A DNA stretch of 64,000 bases, from contig JALMLS010000220.1 in the NCBI GenBank assembly GCA_038496445.1, positions 124,001 through 188,000 of the forward strand, in the 5' to 3' direction. The DNA comes from Trichosphaerium sp. ATCC 40318 (taxonomy: Eukaryota; Protista; Tubulinea). Numbering within the stretch: the stretch's first letter is position 1; the number at the start of each line of letters is the position of its first letter. This document shows positions 1 to 13,530 of the stretch, piece by piece. The notes beneath the pieces are model-generated. The model saw only the letters and a list, made by a program, of their open reading frames with translations. It did not search any database and had not been told where the DNA came from. Both the position numbers and the translations under genes were made by a program.

Positions 1-2608
1 AAATAACTACAATTAAAGCTTTTATTCACTGAAAATTTCTCATCTTCACCGTAAATTTACGTGTCAGTTTAATTGTTTAGTACATTGTCTATAATTTAAA
101 GTGTTAATTTATTGTATTTTAGATGTTATAGATAATAATACAAAAACAGTTTTAAGTATTCTTTGGAGTATTATCCAAGTTGCTTTGTTGAATAACGTAG
201 TCGTTGACTCATTTACGGGGCAAGTGGCTCTACTAAAGTGGACTCAAAACGCTCTTAAAGAATTTAAAGGTATTGACTTTAAAGCTATTATAGCCGTAGT
301 AGTGCGTCCTCCTTAGGTATTTACATAGGTTGTCAAGTGCAGTCTTTTAATTCACCTTTATGGGCAACTGGATTACCTTTTATTGGACTGATTCACAAGT
401 TTTGTCCTGCAGCTATGCCTAGAATTGTTTTTGATGCTCTTTCAGCTAATGAGAGCGAGACTCATATGCAAGTAGCAATGGCAATAGCTAAAAAAGTACG
501 ATCTTTGTCCACAATTTATTTTTCTGACGTACTTTTAATCAGGCTTTCAATGTTCCACACCTACTATTTAAGGAAGATATAGTTTCTCCTGATAAAAAAA
601 TAGTGGGCTTGTGGGTAGCAGAATTCTACTGGGCAACATCTAGAGTAGATACAAAGGACGTTGCAGTAGCAGTACGCGGAAAACCCAATTTTATTTCTTC
701 ATTGAGCTCTTACACTTTATCAAGATAAGCTCTCCCAGCTCACTTACGCGTGAAATTAAGCACGTAGAGACGGTTCAGGAAGCGACACCTGTAAGTAGGG
801 AGTTGAATGAGGTAAAGGTGCCTGAACCAAAACAAGACGAAGTAAAAACTAGTGAACCAGAAACTGATAACCAAAAAGTATCCTCTAAGAAGCCTCTTGT
901 TCATCGTAACAAGCAACCTCTTACAGAAAGTACTGGTCACGCACCACGTTCTATAATACCTCAAGATGTGATGAATCAAGTGAGGATAGACATGTCACCT
1001 AATACAAAAAAGCAAGGTAGAAGACATGCAAGGAAACAGCTCGATTTGAGGCAGCCAGCTATAAACAAGAAAAAAAAGCGCAAGAGTGTCTCAGCAGTTG
1101 CAAGAAATAGAAGAATTAGGAGTGATAATAATGTAGTAACAGCTAAAGTTACTCTATCAGATAGCAAAGGAAATAACAAGGTTGCTGTACAACAAGAAGT
1201 TGTTGTAAAGCAGAAAAAAAAAGCTAAAAAGAAAGGTTCTGAAGCTGGTTTCTTTAATCAAGTTGATAGTCTACTACTATCTGAAGTATCAGATGCTCTA
1301 AGAAATAGAGATGATGCAAGTACGTTAAGAACTTTTATTATTGCTTTTAACAGAGTACTAAACGAAAAAAACCAAAAAAAATAGGTTTCAATGGATCATG
1401 TAGTTTGAGGAGTATTGACGAGATATCTCTTGCTGAAAGTAGTTTTGGTGAAACACAAAAGACTATGGAAACCGCTGTTCAATCATCACTTGATAATATG
1501 GATGTATCAAAGCAACGTGTTGTAGAAAAGTATGGTTCAAAACCAGAAAAAAATGAGAATGTGCCTTTATCAAAGAAGATTGAGAGTCCTTCCCGGTCGC
1601 AAAAGATAGAACAACTAAGAAGTGCTTTAGTATCACAAGTTTCAGGATTAGCAGTTAACGTAAGTTTCTAGCTAGTCTACAATTCACAAAACAAGATTTC
1701 GTGCTAACACTTTTATTTTTTTGTTCAAGCCAAGTTGGCATGCTGACTGTTTTAGGTTCCTAACTCTTACTCTAAAGGAAAATCAAAAAAGCATAAAAAA
1801 CCTTCTGTGGATAATAATAAACGTCTAGCATCATCAAAACGACCACTGCCAGAGCTTTTAAATAACACAGATGTGCGTCAAATACGACAACTTAAACTGA
1901 CTTTTTGATTGATAGGACGAGGTTGAGCAGTTGAAAGTACACTTCTCGAAGCACCTTGTTCAATTGAATGATTTCATATCATATTGCAACAAACTAATTG
2001 AAAGTAAAGAGAAACTACCATCACTCTCTGATGAGTTTCACGTACACAGACGGAAATTCTTAAAACTCAATGAGATTATGAAACAGCTTCTTTCTCTTAG
2101 TGTACAAGGTCCTCAAGCTTCCCAATATAATGAAGTGAAGAAAAATTGGACACATGTACTTCGTGAATATAGGAGAAGGCTTTCAGAGGCACAAGCAGAG
2201 AAAAAAGAAAGAAATCAGGACAAGGTGCGTCAAAAAAAAAAACTTACAAAAACTTCTTTTTTTTTGCTCACTTATGTTGATAGAACAACATTAAAAATAT
2301 AACAGAGCGTATTTTGGATATAAAGAAAAACGTAGGAGCTTTTGATAGTATAATCAATAAGATTGAAACAATGGTAATGCCTACACTTTAATCAAAAAAA
2401 CCCCCTTTATTTTGAATCTTTTTGACACTTTTTTTGTAGCTTGATGATAGTTTCGATATTAGCAATAAGGAGTTATATGCAAGTAAATTCCAGGAGGCAA
2501 TTTTAGCATTAAACCAAACACGATCTATTAGTAACGAGTACGTCAAAAGTAATGTGCAACGAGAAAATAGTGCATCTTTCTTATTTTTTGTAGACTTGGT
2601 GCTATAAA
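1..2608 (+). CDS. Calponin-homology (actinin-type actin-binding domain) protein with long low-complexity/coiled-coil tail; 5' end outside window
   Basis: Spliced exons give DVIDNNTKTVLSILWSIIQ (end of CH1), ALLKWTQNAL and SFNSPLWATGLPFIGLIHKF (CH2), then Lys-rich and helical exons; probable stop TAA near 2606-2608. Confidence 0.7.
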
Positions 2609-3174
2609 CTCTTCTCAAGCCCGAAGAGCTACAAAATACGCCAAACAAACAACAAACATGCTAGCTCATCGATGGAAGGCTGTAGTAAGACGCTATAAAA
2701 CATCAATACAACAGGAAAGTCAATTTCTTTGAAACCACAGAATGTCATCAAAATCTTGTTACAACTCTCTTCTTTTTTTGTTGGTATGTTTTTTCCTAAC
2801 ACTGCGTAGGCTAAAAGCACACAAGATACTCAAAAGTAGTAAAATAGAAACCAATTACAGGCGTTTTTTGAACCTGTTCCAAAAGTGGCACAAGTGTACC
2901 GGCCGATGTAAATAGTTGTAAAAGGGAATAGTAGAGCGTGTGGGGGTGGGGTGGGAAAGTACAGCAGAAATAATACGCAAGAACTCTTTGTTACCTGTCG
3001 TAAAAACAATAAAACCTTTTTTTGTCCGCTATCTTGGCTACAACTTGGTTTAATTAGGCAGCTTGTGACAGAAGTCATTTTACGTGGTTGTATATTTTTG
3101 TACATAATGAAATGAAAAGACCAAATAAATACTCCACTGGGCGTTAATTGGGTTGCTAGAGCTGAAACGGACGT

Positions 3175-6100
3175 ATGGCACAACGTATAAACCAGTTGCG
3201 GTCAGAAGCCTTTCAATGGTGGGACCAATGCTTTAAACAAGCCCAGGTTTGTATTGAACGGTCTCTTGCTGTTATAACCGCGTATTTAGGAGGTTCCGCT
3301 TAGTACGTTTATGGCCCAGGACCCTTGTCTTGCACGCAATGACGTATGGGCGTCGTCGTTGATAGCATACAACGTGTGTGCAGGTACGTTATTATTTAGG
3401 CAATTACACCAAAATCCCTTCAAAGTAAAACACGCAAGCCCTTAGACGTTTAGCAGTATTTTTCCGGTTTATTAACGTTTTTGGAAGGCAATTACAAAAG
3501 AATTGTGAAAGTCGAAACGTGGGCTACTTTATATCAGTGTTATGGTAGTGGAGCGAACTGTATTGCTTCTGTACGTCCTATAGGAAATTTAGACGTTGTT
3601 TTACATTTAAACCACACAGACGTTATTTACTATGAATATATGGTGTATAACGCTAACGCTAGTTTATAGTTAAAAAACTTGTACAGTTTACCTTATTTTC
3701 ATGGCTTTCTTTGTCAAAAAGACGCCATAAAATTGCTTAACACGCAGTGGTGCGAAAAACCACCTCAACCAGGCAATTTTTTCGCATACACCGAAACTGG
3801 AAAACAAATAACCCTGGGTACGCATTAAAAGTCGTAATAGCACTGTACGAGCCACAGGATGCGAAAACCAAACGTTTCGTAGTTTCTTTATTTGACTGTT
3901 TTCTTTTTTTGCTTCAATCTACAAATCGGTTTACGTGTTATGAGCATATGCTGTGGTTTTAGTTAACCTGAAAACGGAAATGGTTTACACCTATTTGGGT
4001 TTTGAAGTTTATTTTTGGTCTTTTTTTAGCATATTTGGATAGAGATATGATTGGACAAACATGGGAAATACCTATGGTTAATGGTTATTTTCTTGGTAAT
4101 GCGTCAAAGTATTTTTCTTCTCTTGATGAGCTAGTACAAGCAAACATGACGGAATTACTTTATTCACTTGAGTTTCCAATAGTAAAACACAGGTACACCT
4201 TCTTTTAAACGCTTATTTTTCTTCTCTACATAACCTTTATATGGTCGGTATGTTTGTACTATCATTTGCTTGTGACTGTATCGTTTAGACGCTAACATGT
4301 GTCCAAAAAAAAATTTATTGCATTTTTTTTTGTTTCACGTTCGAGCTCTTTCTGAGATTCTGTGTTTTTCTTAGGCTATTTTTCACAAACCTTACACGTC
4401 AGAAAGCTGAAGAGATTGTATCAAATGACCCAGAATCTGAACCACGTGTAACAGTATTTAGATTCAGTTCAAGAAAAAGCTCAATAGCAATTACATTCAG
4501 AAACGGAGATTCACTTGGCCATAGTTTATTCTCTTATGAACCTAGAGATCAAAATGGACTAATGACAGCTCTTCAGCTTCAATATGTACCTCTAGAAGAC
4601 CTCATATTCCCATTCTCTATCGATCATCTGCTGTCTTTTGTCGAAAAGTCTCCTTTACATCGAGAGATTGCTACTATTGAGTTACTTGATTATTTAATGA
4701 TTCAGTTGGATGTTACTACATTACAACGTGTTACATCTGCTCTTGCTACATTATCTGAGGGTCAAGCTTGTATACGTGTATTTAGAGATAGACAAGATTG
4801 GATACGAAAGCGTTGTGAGTTTCAAGATCCTCTGTTAGATGAAGTTATGGGTGATATGGAGGATATCATAGAAAACTTATTGGTACACAGAAAACAGTTA
4901 TTGCAAAAATTCATGAATTTTTTTTTGGTTCTATTTTTCTTGCGCTTATACTTGTTTCTTTCGTATAGGCTGGTACTCCAAAGATAACTAATATGTTGGT
5001 TGAATTGAATAACGTTTATCCTACATTTAAATCTGCAATTCAAAGAGCTGAAGAAGCAGGTAACCTTTTTATTCTTATCGACAAAAAAAACCCTGTAATT
5101 GACCTACAACATGCACTGTTTTCTTCTGTATTTACATCTTTTTTAGGAAGGTACATACACGTATCTGATTGCGCTACTGCGCATGCACAGCAACTTCAGA
5201 TAAAAGCAAAAGAAGCAGCTGCACAAGGTGGGAATAGCCACCCGGATGAAGCACATATTCTAATAGATGAAGAAGCAAGAATTAAAGCTGCACTTCTTCT
5301 TGCTCAAGAGAAAGAGCAAGACGCAAAAAGTAAGCGTGAACTTGCTAAGAATGCAGAACACGCATTGAGAAAGGCTTTGGATGATCTAAAAATAAAAGAA
5401 GACGAATATGAACGCAAAACAAAAGAGCTAGCCATGGTACTTACCAAACTTTATTTATTATTTGTCTTCTTCTCACTTATGATAAATAGCTTGCACGTGC
5501 TGAACATACAAGAGGTATTGCACAAGATCAATTGGACAACCACCTTGCTGGTAAGGTTATTGCTTCTTTTTCTTATGAATTGTATTGATTTCGTGGTAAA
5601 TTATAACTTCCTTTCCACAGCTGATACAGCAGTTTTACAACAAGCAAAGTCCACCTTTTTTGCGGCTATGGCATGTGCTGAAAAGTCACGTAAACTAGCC
5701 GATGAAGCGAGTGCATCAGCGCAAGAGAGGAGAACTAATCTACGTAATGTGCGGTTATCAATAAGTAGAGCAAGTGAAACAAGGAGACGAGAAAGAGAAT
5801 CATTTCAAGTCCAAAGAGTATGACTAAGCGCCTTTACACATTAAAACTTATTCTGTTGTACCTTTTGCTTATCATCTTTAGGATGCTCCAAGTGTTGTAC
5901 AAGCAAATGAGGAAGCTCAAAGAGCTCACTCACAAGCAACAAAAATGTGTAAAGAAGCAGTTAGTGCTATGGATCTTGTTCATGCACATTTATTATCTCT
6001 TGAAGGAAAACTAATGGAAGCAAAACAAACGATTGAACATGACTTTGGCCACGTAAGTTCTTATTTTCAATACCTACATACAAAAAAAACTGACACCTTG

Positions 6101-7968
6101 AGTCAACTTTGACCAACTCGAGTTTGTTTTGGAGTACATTTGCAATGAGAGTTTCTTCCCAAAAAATCGAAACTTCTTTTTTTTGTTTTTGTTTTAAAAG
6201 AAACATCTGCTGGTTCCTTGTTACTTAAAGATGTATTAGTGGTGGTTGGCTAAAGAATACAATAAAATCAAGACATATATAACAAACAACAGCCCTGATC
6301 CTTATGCTCTTGCAAAAGAAATGAAACCACGTGTTCTAGTACATAACATAGATGTACCAACTCCAAACGCTATTCAAGATAATTATCAAACATCTACTCA
6401 AGACAACAACAGTGGTTACATAAACTTCCGTACAACCTCAGAGTTAACTGCTCCAAATCCACATAATCTCCCACCCGCAAATCCTTTGGCAGGAAGCACA
6501 GATATACAAGGACGTGAGAGTAAGTCAAGTGAACCACTGAGAAGAGAACTTTCAGCTGAGAGAATGGAAGCACTTTTGGGTTCTCTTAAGGATAGTGATT
6601 CATGGTCTGATTCTGGTGATTCAGTAGGTAGTTTACCTGGTACTCAAAAAACAATAGGATATGAACCAGTAAACGTAAACAACGTACGTACACATACAAA
6701 CGTTAAAAATTTTTTAATTTTTTTTTCCTTCTTTTTTCTTACTTTCTAATCTTCTATTTTAGGCACCTGTACCAGGATCAAGTGAAGCTGTACCTAGATT
6801 ACCAAGACTTCACCCATTAAGCTCAGAAATGATAAGTGATGAAAATAGTAGATTATCACCACACGAAGGATTAAGGTCTTCCCGTACCATTAATTCTCGT
6901 GTTTCAAATCAGAATCTATATGATACCCCTCCAAATAACTATGAGCAACCAAGCCATTTCAACGACAATAGAATCGGTGATACACCAAGGATGCAGCAAC
7001 AGTGGCAACGTCAAACTAGTGGTTATAATAATACAAGAGGTAATCAAACAGGTGGTGCCGCAAGCGTTATGAGCAGTAGTAGTGGGAGTACAAATGACTT
7101 TAATAGTCATTTAAAAATAGATAAACATCCTCACGAGAACTCAACGTATTCAAGCAATAATAGGTTACACAGCTCAAGCAGTGCAAGTAATAGACTTGCT
7201 ACAAACACTGGCGCTTCATCAAGCACGCCATTACATAGAAACGACTTCAACAGAAGCCGAGAAGATAACCCTTCTTATCCTTCTAACTCTATATCTAGTC
7301 CTAGACCTACAGGTCCTGAAGATGAATCAACGTGGCAACACGGTGTACCTAACTTATCTCTAAAAGCATCTAGATTGGAAGCATCAGATTCTAGTGAAGC
7401 TAATCTTCACGGATACTCTGATGTACTTCATACTGAAGTACAAAGCAGGAGTAGCAGTAAAATGGGATTCGATGAGATGTCTCATGACTTAACAATACCT
7501 GCTGAACTCGCATCAGATGGTGCACCAGTTAGACCGACTTACTTTCGTGCTGCATCTGTCTCAAACGTCCAGCTACCTGGTCAACCACTTGGCACTGCAG
7601 ATTATAATAACAGGACTCTGAGTTACTCAGCTCGTGCTGGTGGCTCTGCTATATCACCTGGAGGTGTATGCATTCCTGAAGAGAGGTCTGTAAGTTCATC
7701 AGGAGAGGAAGAACTCTATCAGACGTTGAACGCTAGTCAGCATGGTTCTGGTGAGGTTAATACAACATTGAGACCTCTTGGTACTTCACCTGAACCTTCT
7801 TATCCTATTCAACATCGCGCAAGACAACCAGAGCCTTTGGGTTTAAGAAAGGACTCTTATGGTGATAGTGGTGATGATAGGAAGAAGAAAAAGAAGAAGG
7901 AAAAAATTAAGAAAAAGAAAATAGGCAAGAAGAAGAACTCGAAGCTTGCAAAGTTTTTCAAGGTGTAA
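3175..7968 (+). CDS. Multi-exon protein: Cbl-like EF-hand + two SH2-like domains + 34-kDa actin-bundling-type C-terminal domain + Ser/Asn-rich tail with polybasic end
   Basis: MAQRINQLRSEAFQWWDQCF; PYFHGFLCQKDAIKLL; YFHKPY...TVFRFSSRKSSIAITF; ALDDLKIKEDEYERKTKEL...QDQLDNHLA...GH|WWLAKEYNKIKTYI; ends KKKNSKLAKFFKV at TAA 7968. Confidence 0.6.
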
Positions 7969-8290
7969 ACAGCCAAATGAGTTATTACTCTCTTGTGTAT
8001 ATATTACCATATACACTTGTGTCAACAATTTCTGTACACTATCATTATAAAGAAACCCAACAGCTTGTACTTGTATCAATAGAAAAAAAGTAAAAAAATA
8101 ATACACTTTCTTGTTACGTTTTTCAATCACTTTTTTTCATAAAAACACTGTTTTGTTAATAGTGTTTGTACACTACGCCTTTAACGAATTGCTTGTGCTG
8201 GTCTAGAGCTTTAAGTCACAAACCTCGTTTAAGCCATGTTTAGGAAAGTTAACCGTTGGAGGAGCTTCTTGTATTCAAGTTCATATCAAA

Positions 8291-11189
8291 ATGTCGACTG
8301 AGAATATGAGAACAACGCTTCACTCTGTATTGTTAGCGATAATTTTCAGCATTTCAGTTTTATTCTTGTTTAACATAAAATACACTCTATTCGCTGATGA
8401 CTCTGTACGAACAAGACCAGTTTAAACTTTTAAAATTACCAATCTTTTTTATTGTTTCAAAAAAGTCGCTTACTTTTCAATCAAATGTAGGCCGCTTATT
8501 TTGTACGATCTGGTAGAACCAATTACGCAAAAATCTCGCGACAATATATTCATACTTTAGCATTCTTGGGATTACTCACTCTTCTATGCTGTGGTGTTGT
8601 CTATGAACCAAATACGGCGAAAGCGAGAATAGCCAGAATGAAAAGAGAGCTCGCCGAGTTTAAATCAAAATCACGTGCGGTACGTATGAATACATTTTAT
8701 TTTTGCTAAATCACGTGTTTTTAACCGTCATTTTGTGGTAACTGAAATTTTAATCATAGAAGAGGAACCAAGACGAAGATGGAAAAGAAGAGGTAGAAGA
8801 AGAAGAAAAAGAACAAAAAGAACAAAAAGTTGTTTTGAAACCGCCACCTAAGAAGAAAAGAATGCCAAAGGGTCTGAGAAGGGTTACTTCTATGAGAGCA
8901 CCAAAACGTACACGTTCTGTAACTGTACCAGATGAAAGGGTACCTAGCTCTGGGTTTACATCTCCTTCGGTTTTATTGGAGCGTGTGATGGCAAAATCTT
9001 TGGATAAACGTCTTGAAACATTTATAGTGCGGAATGTTTCCTTTTCGCTTGTCTTACAGTTTGAATTTTAGACTGAGGTATATCATTCAGATACAACAAA
9101 TCGAGATGAATCAACGCATGAATACAAAACAGAGATAGGTATGATACTTTGAATACTTTGAAGTGAAAACAAACTTTCGATTACTTACTTTTTTTCCTCA
9201 GAGAGGTGGAGAACAATCATTCCAGATAGCTTCTTTAAGGTAATTTACAGTTGTATATCCTAAATTCCTCTTCCCGTTGCAGAAATATCTTGTGTTTTAT
9301 TTCGGTTTGAGAACAGTAACAGGGAATTTGGATGAATACTGTGAAAGGTGAAAGTTTTTTTACTAATTTTTTCAAAGGAGAATGGACCTTTCCACGTGAT
9401 GATGCATGTTCTCGAAACGCATGATGAAAATTACACATATAATAACTTACACGAGCTGTTACCAGGTGGTGGTTCATTTGAAATGTACGACAAAGGCGAA
9501 AACCAAAAAAGAAAAAAAAACCAAAAGAAGAACAATTCTCATTTTTTTCATCTCGACGTGTTGATAACTAACTTCGTTCTTGCTTTTTTCCAGAACAAAA
9601 CGTGATATTTTTGGTGTGATGATACAAGCATTTCTAAATAAGTTACTTCTTCATGACACAGATAGAAATCTAAAAAGATTGGGTGTTTTTGATCCAAGTC
9701 ATTCTCTTGTTGCTCCAAAAAACAGACAACTCCTTATGACTTTTATCAACTACTTCACGTGTATTTCAGATTGTGCTACTTGCGATGAAACTTTTCTTGA
9801 TAAGAAAGTAACATACGAACTCGCTCTGATTAAAGAAACAACAGAGTGGTCGGAAGACAACTCAAATTTCAGAGAGTTGAACTTTTGCGAAGAAAAACGT
9901 GGAGTTGAAGCTTTTTAGTACGCAGAAAATTACCCACCTCATAGATTTTGTGTACTCACCCCTAACCTTCCATAGCGATGCTACGAAGGTTAACTTTGCT
10001 GATTCTAACCCTGGCGGAACTATTTTGGAATCTGGAATTGTACGTAAAACCAAGGATGGTTTTGTTGTTGACTCTCTGACTTAACAATGCTAACTTTTGC
10101 TTTTGTAGCAATGGCTACGAGAGGAAATTCTACATTGTATTTTCCCTGAGCTTCTTCTTACTACACTGATAGTATCCAGGATTCATGATGAGTACGTGAT
10201 ATGGCTTTTTCTTAATCTAAAGCTTAAGGATGCGGTCACGTGACGTATCGAGTGGAGCGTTAGACACTCTAAAAGTCACGTACTAAACGTCATTGTTGTC
10301 GCCAAAAGCTATAAGGTAGTGTGTGACCGTTTCCTTAAGCTTCTTGTGTTTGAGTACACTGTCGTGTATGAACTGGTATCAACACTTTTTATTTAGTGAA
10401 GCTATTATTGTGAATGGTCTTACACGTGTAAGTGATTACACTGGATTTAATAAGACTTTCAATGTTGGGCGTGTGTACTCAGACAGTCAACACTCATCAG
10501 AAAGCGTTCTGTACATTGATGGTGCCTTCACTTTGTTAAGGAGATAAAATGCTTACCTTGTTTACTTAGCGATAATTGGTGGCGTTAGGAATGTTACTGA
10601 TCTTGATAGGGAGCTCAATAAAGCATTCATTGGGTTTTCTAAGTGTAAAACTGAGTCTATTGCAACTGGAAATTGGGGATGTGGAGCATATTGTGCGCTT
10701 TATTCTTCCCATCAAGAAATCCTTCATTTAAGTGTTTACAAACAAAAATATCGTTTCATGATCACGTGAAAACGAAGGTATTAATATATATTAGCTGGAA
10801 ATAGGAACCTCAAGGCTATAATACAACTAATGGCGGCTGCAAAAGGTACTTAAAATTAAAAAATGAAAACTTCAAAACAAAAATCAAAGTTCTGTGAAGT
10901 GCTTTTATACACCTTGTTTGGATATATTCGTTCATGTAAAGGCGTTTATTTGTCTAATATTGGTTGTATAGCGGGTAAAAATCTAGAATACGCATCTTTT
11001 GGTGACGAGAAATTGGAAATCAAGCAATTGAATGACTTGCATCAATTGCTTCTAAGCAGAGATATCAAGACTTCTCAAGTGTATGATGCTCTTAAGTCTA
11101 TTGCTGACAAAGGTGACATCACTACTGAAAAGCGTACAGTATTTAGTGTAGTTGAGTATTTGATGAACCAACAAAGCCAAAAAAAATAA
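8291..11189 (+). CDS. Divergent poly(ADP-ribose) glycohydrolase (PARG family) with two predicted N-terminal membrane segments
   Basis: VNFADSNPGGTILESGI|QWLREEILHCIFPELL; EAIIVNGLTRVSDYTGF; RELNKAFIGF; IATGNWGCGAY; LKAIIQLMAAA; N-terminal VLLAIIFSISVLFLF and AFLGLLTLLCCGVVY. Confidence 0.85.
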
Positions 11190-11358
11190 GAGCTGATCTT
11201 AACAACAAAATGTGAAAAGAGATCTCATAAAATAAAATGCTGGAAAAAAGTTACAAGACCCAAAAAGTGAAACAGTGTAAGCTCACGGCCACTCTATCAT
11301 GCACGTGAATAAAAAGACATCGTCGAACCAATACAAGTTCAACAATATGATGCCTAGG

Positions 11359-11444
11359 GACTGACTAAATGTGACCTATCACAAAATCTGTACCTGAACA
11401 AAATTATTCCCGTGACTGACTAAATGAGACTTGTCAAAAAATCT
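11359..11444. repeat. Imperfect direct repeat, ~31 bp x2 at 55-bp spacing
   Basis: gactgactaaatgtgacctatcacaaaatct versus gactgactaaatgagacttgtcaaaaaatct in intergenic DNA. Confidence 0.7.
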
Positions 11445-11584
11445 ATATTAATAGCAGTTGTCATCAACTTATCGCTTAGTTTATTATAATGCAAGAAACA
11501 CCTGAGTGGATATTACTACAACATTATGACGCTCTAATTCACGTTTGCATGTTCTTGGATGTAAAAGCCGCCTGCACGTTTGCA

Positions 11585-13368
11585 ATGGCGTCTAAAACAA
11601 CTAAAAGCGCGTCTGGAGAAAATATTGTTTGGCGCAGGTAACAAAACGTCAACTTCTTGCCTACAACGTGTAATTGTATTAGAATACATCGGAAAACGCT
11701 CGAAACTCAGGCGTGGGCACCACACGTAGCTCGCTTCTTTGTTTCGGACTTCAAAACCACAGTACAAGCTTTAAAAACGGCTCAATCGTATATGTGGGGA
11801 CTAACAGGTACGTACATTGTGTCAAGGGCTTGTGTTTGTAGCTACCATAAAATACGTGTTTCTTACGTGTTAAAATCGACGTGGTAGCAAGCCCTGGCTA
11901 CGTTGTGAGCGATTGCTAACACTGATTAAACAAAAGGTTGCGGCAGACTTGCAGCAGCTCTAGATCACAAAAAAATACAGGGAAAACAACAAAAAACTCC
12001 GCTGTTGGTAGAAAAATACAAATTCGTTAAATTTGGCAAGTGACAACCTACTTTTTTTGGAGGAATTTGCTGTTCCGTTTGCTTTTTTTTTCTTGAAATT
12101 TGACATGCTTTTATTCTTCTGTTGTATGGACGTAATACGACCTAATGTATCTAACAGGTATAACACACGAACATGGTGGATGTGCCATTGACCAAAAGGG
12201 CCGTGCATGGACATGGGGACTAACGTAAGTGACTTCAAATGGAAAAAAACCCCAAAAAGACAAAAAAGAGTGTAACTGTTTATTTTAAGACGATCACCAG
12301 TAGTTGTTGATATTGGTGAAGATACATTCAAAGTAAAAGAGATAACAATGGGTCATGACCGTTATTTACTGGTGACGACTAATGGACGTATGTAACACAA
12401 ATAGTAAATGATGACATAGTTAAACTTCATACTAGGCGTGTATAAGGTTAACAAGTCTGGAAAATGGGTCCTAAAGTATAACCTCCTCATCTCTTGAAGC
12501 ATTGTTTTTACATTCTATAATAATTGTATTCTAGGTACAGTGGAGGCAATGCTGTATCTTGTTGTAGCAAGAGCTTTGATCACTATTTTTTAACAAGTGA
12601 CGGTTCAGTTTTTGATGTTTCAAACAGCAACACTCCTATAAATTCTCAAGTGTACAAAAAATTATGTTCTACTTATAGAACTGGTCTTATGATGATAACA
12701 GAAAGTGGAGATTTTCATTATAACACTGACACAAAATCGGATATACCAGAAAGAGTAGAAAGTGTACGTTATCGTTTCAACTAAAAACCTTTCTTACAAC
12801 TGATTTCTACAACAAAAATACTTTCTTACACCTGTATTTCTACAGATGTCAGGAGGCTCCTGTCACTATGGTGCTGTCACTAGCAATCACAACTTATACT
12901 TATGGGGTGACAACTCAATGGGTCAGGTATTTATCCATAACATGAATAAGATATCAAAGATTCTAATACTTTTCAAAGGTAGGAAAAGATGCAACTGAAG
13001 TACCTACAAAAAGTGACTATTTCAAAGAAAATGTCCTTAAAGTGACTTGTGGGGCAGGAGTCTATGGTGGAGGTAATTAAAAATCTCATTATGATTGACG
13101 TCAATGCAGTTTAATCACTGACACTATTAAATAGGTGGTACAAGTGTACTTACAAAGGACTGGCAAATACATAACTTTGGATGGTCACCTGATAAAATAC
13201 ATACTAAACCAAGTCATGTCACAGAGTTCTCAGATAGGTACACAAGCTATAATTAAACCTATTTAATGGTATAACACTCTACATAGGTATGTTTTGGATG
13301 TTGTACGAGGAGAGGACTATATGACAGCGATAGTGACAAGTAAAACAAGACAGCAACTTAACTTGTGA
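11585..13368 (+). CDS. RCC1-like repeat (beta-propeller) protein
   Basis: GCAIDQKGRAWTWG; SGGSCHYGAVTSNHNLYLWGDNSMGQ|VG; VLKVTCGAG; VLDVVRGEDYMTAI; many short introns; 5' exons tentative. Confidence 0.7.
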
Positions 13369-13530
13369 AAATGAAGTTTTTCGCCAAAGTTGTAAATAAA
13401 GTTATCTATTTGACACATTTCCAAGTTCCATCTAAAGGTTCTTTAATAACCATTTTGTGGCCAAATTTACTAGGACGGAGCACAATTGAGACTTTCTATC
13501 ACCAATGATAACTACTTTATTGTACACCCT

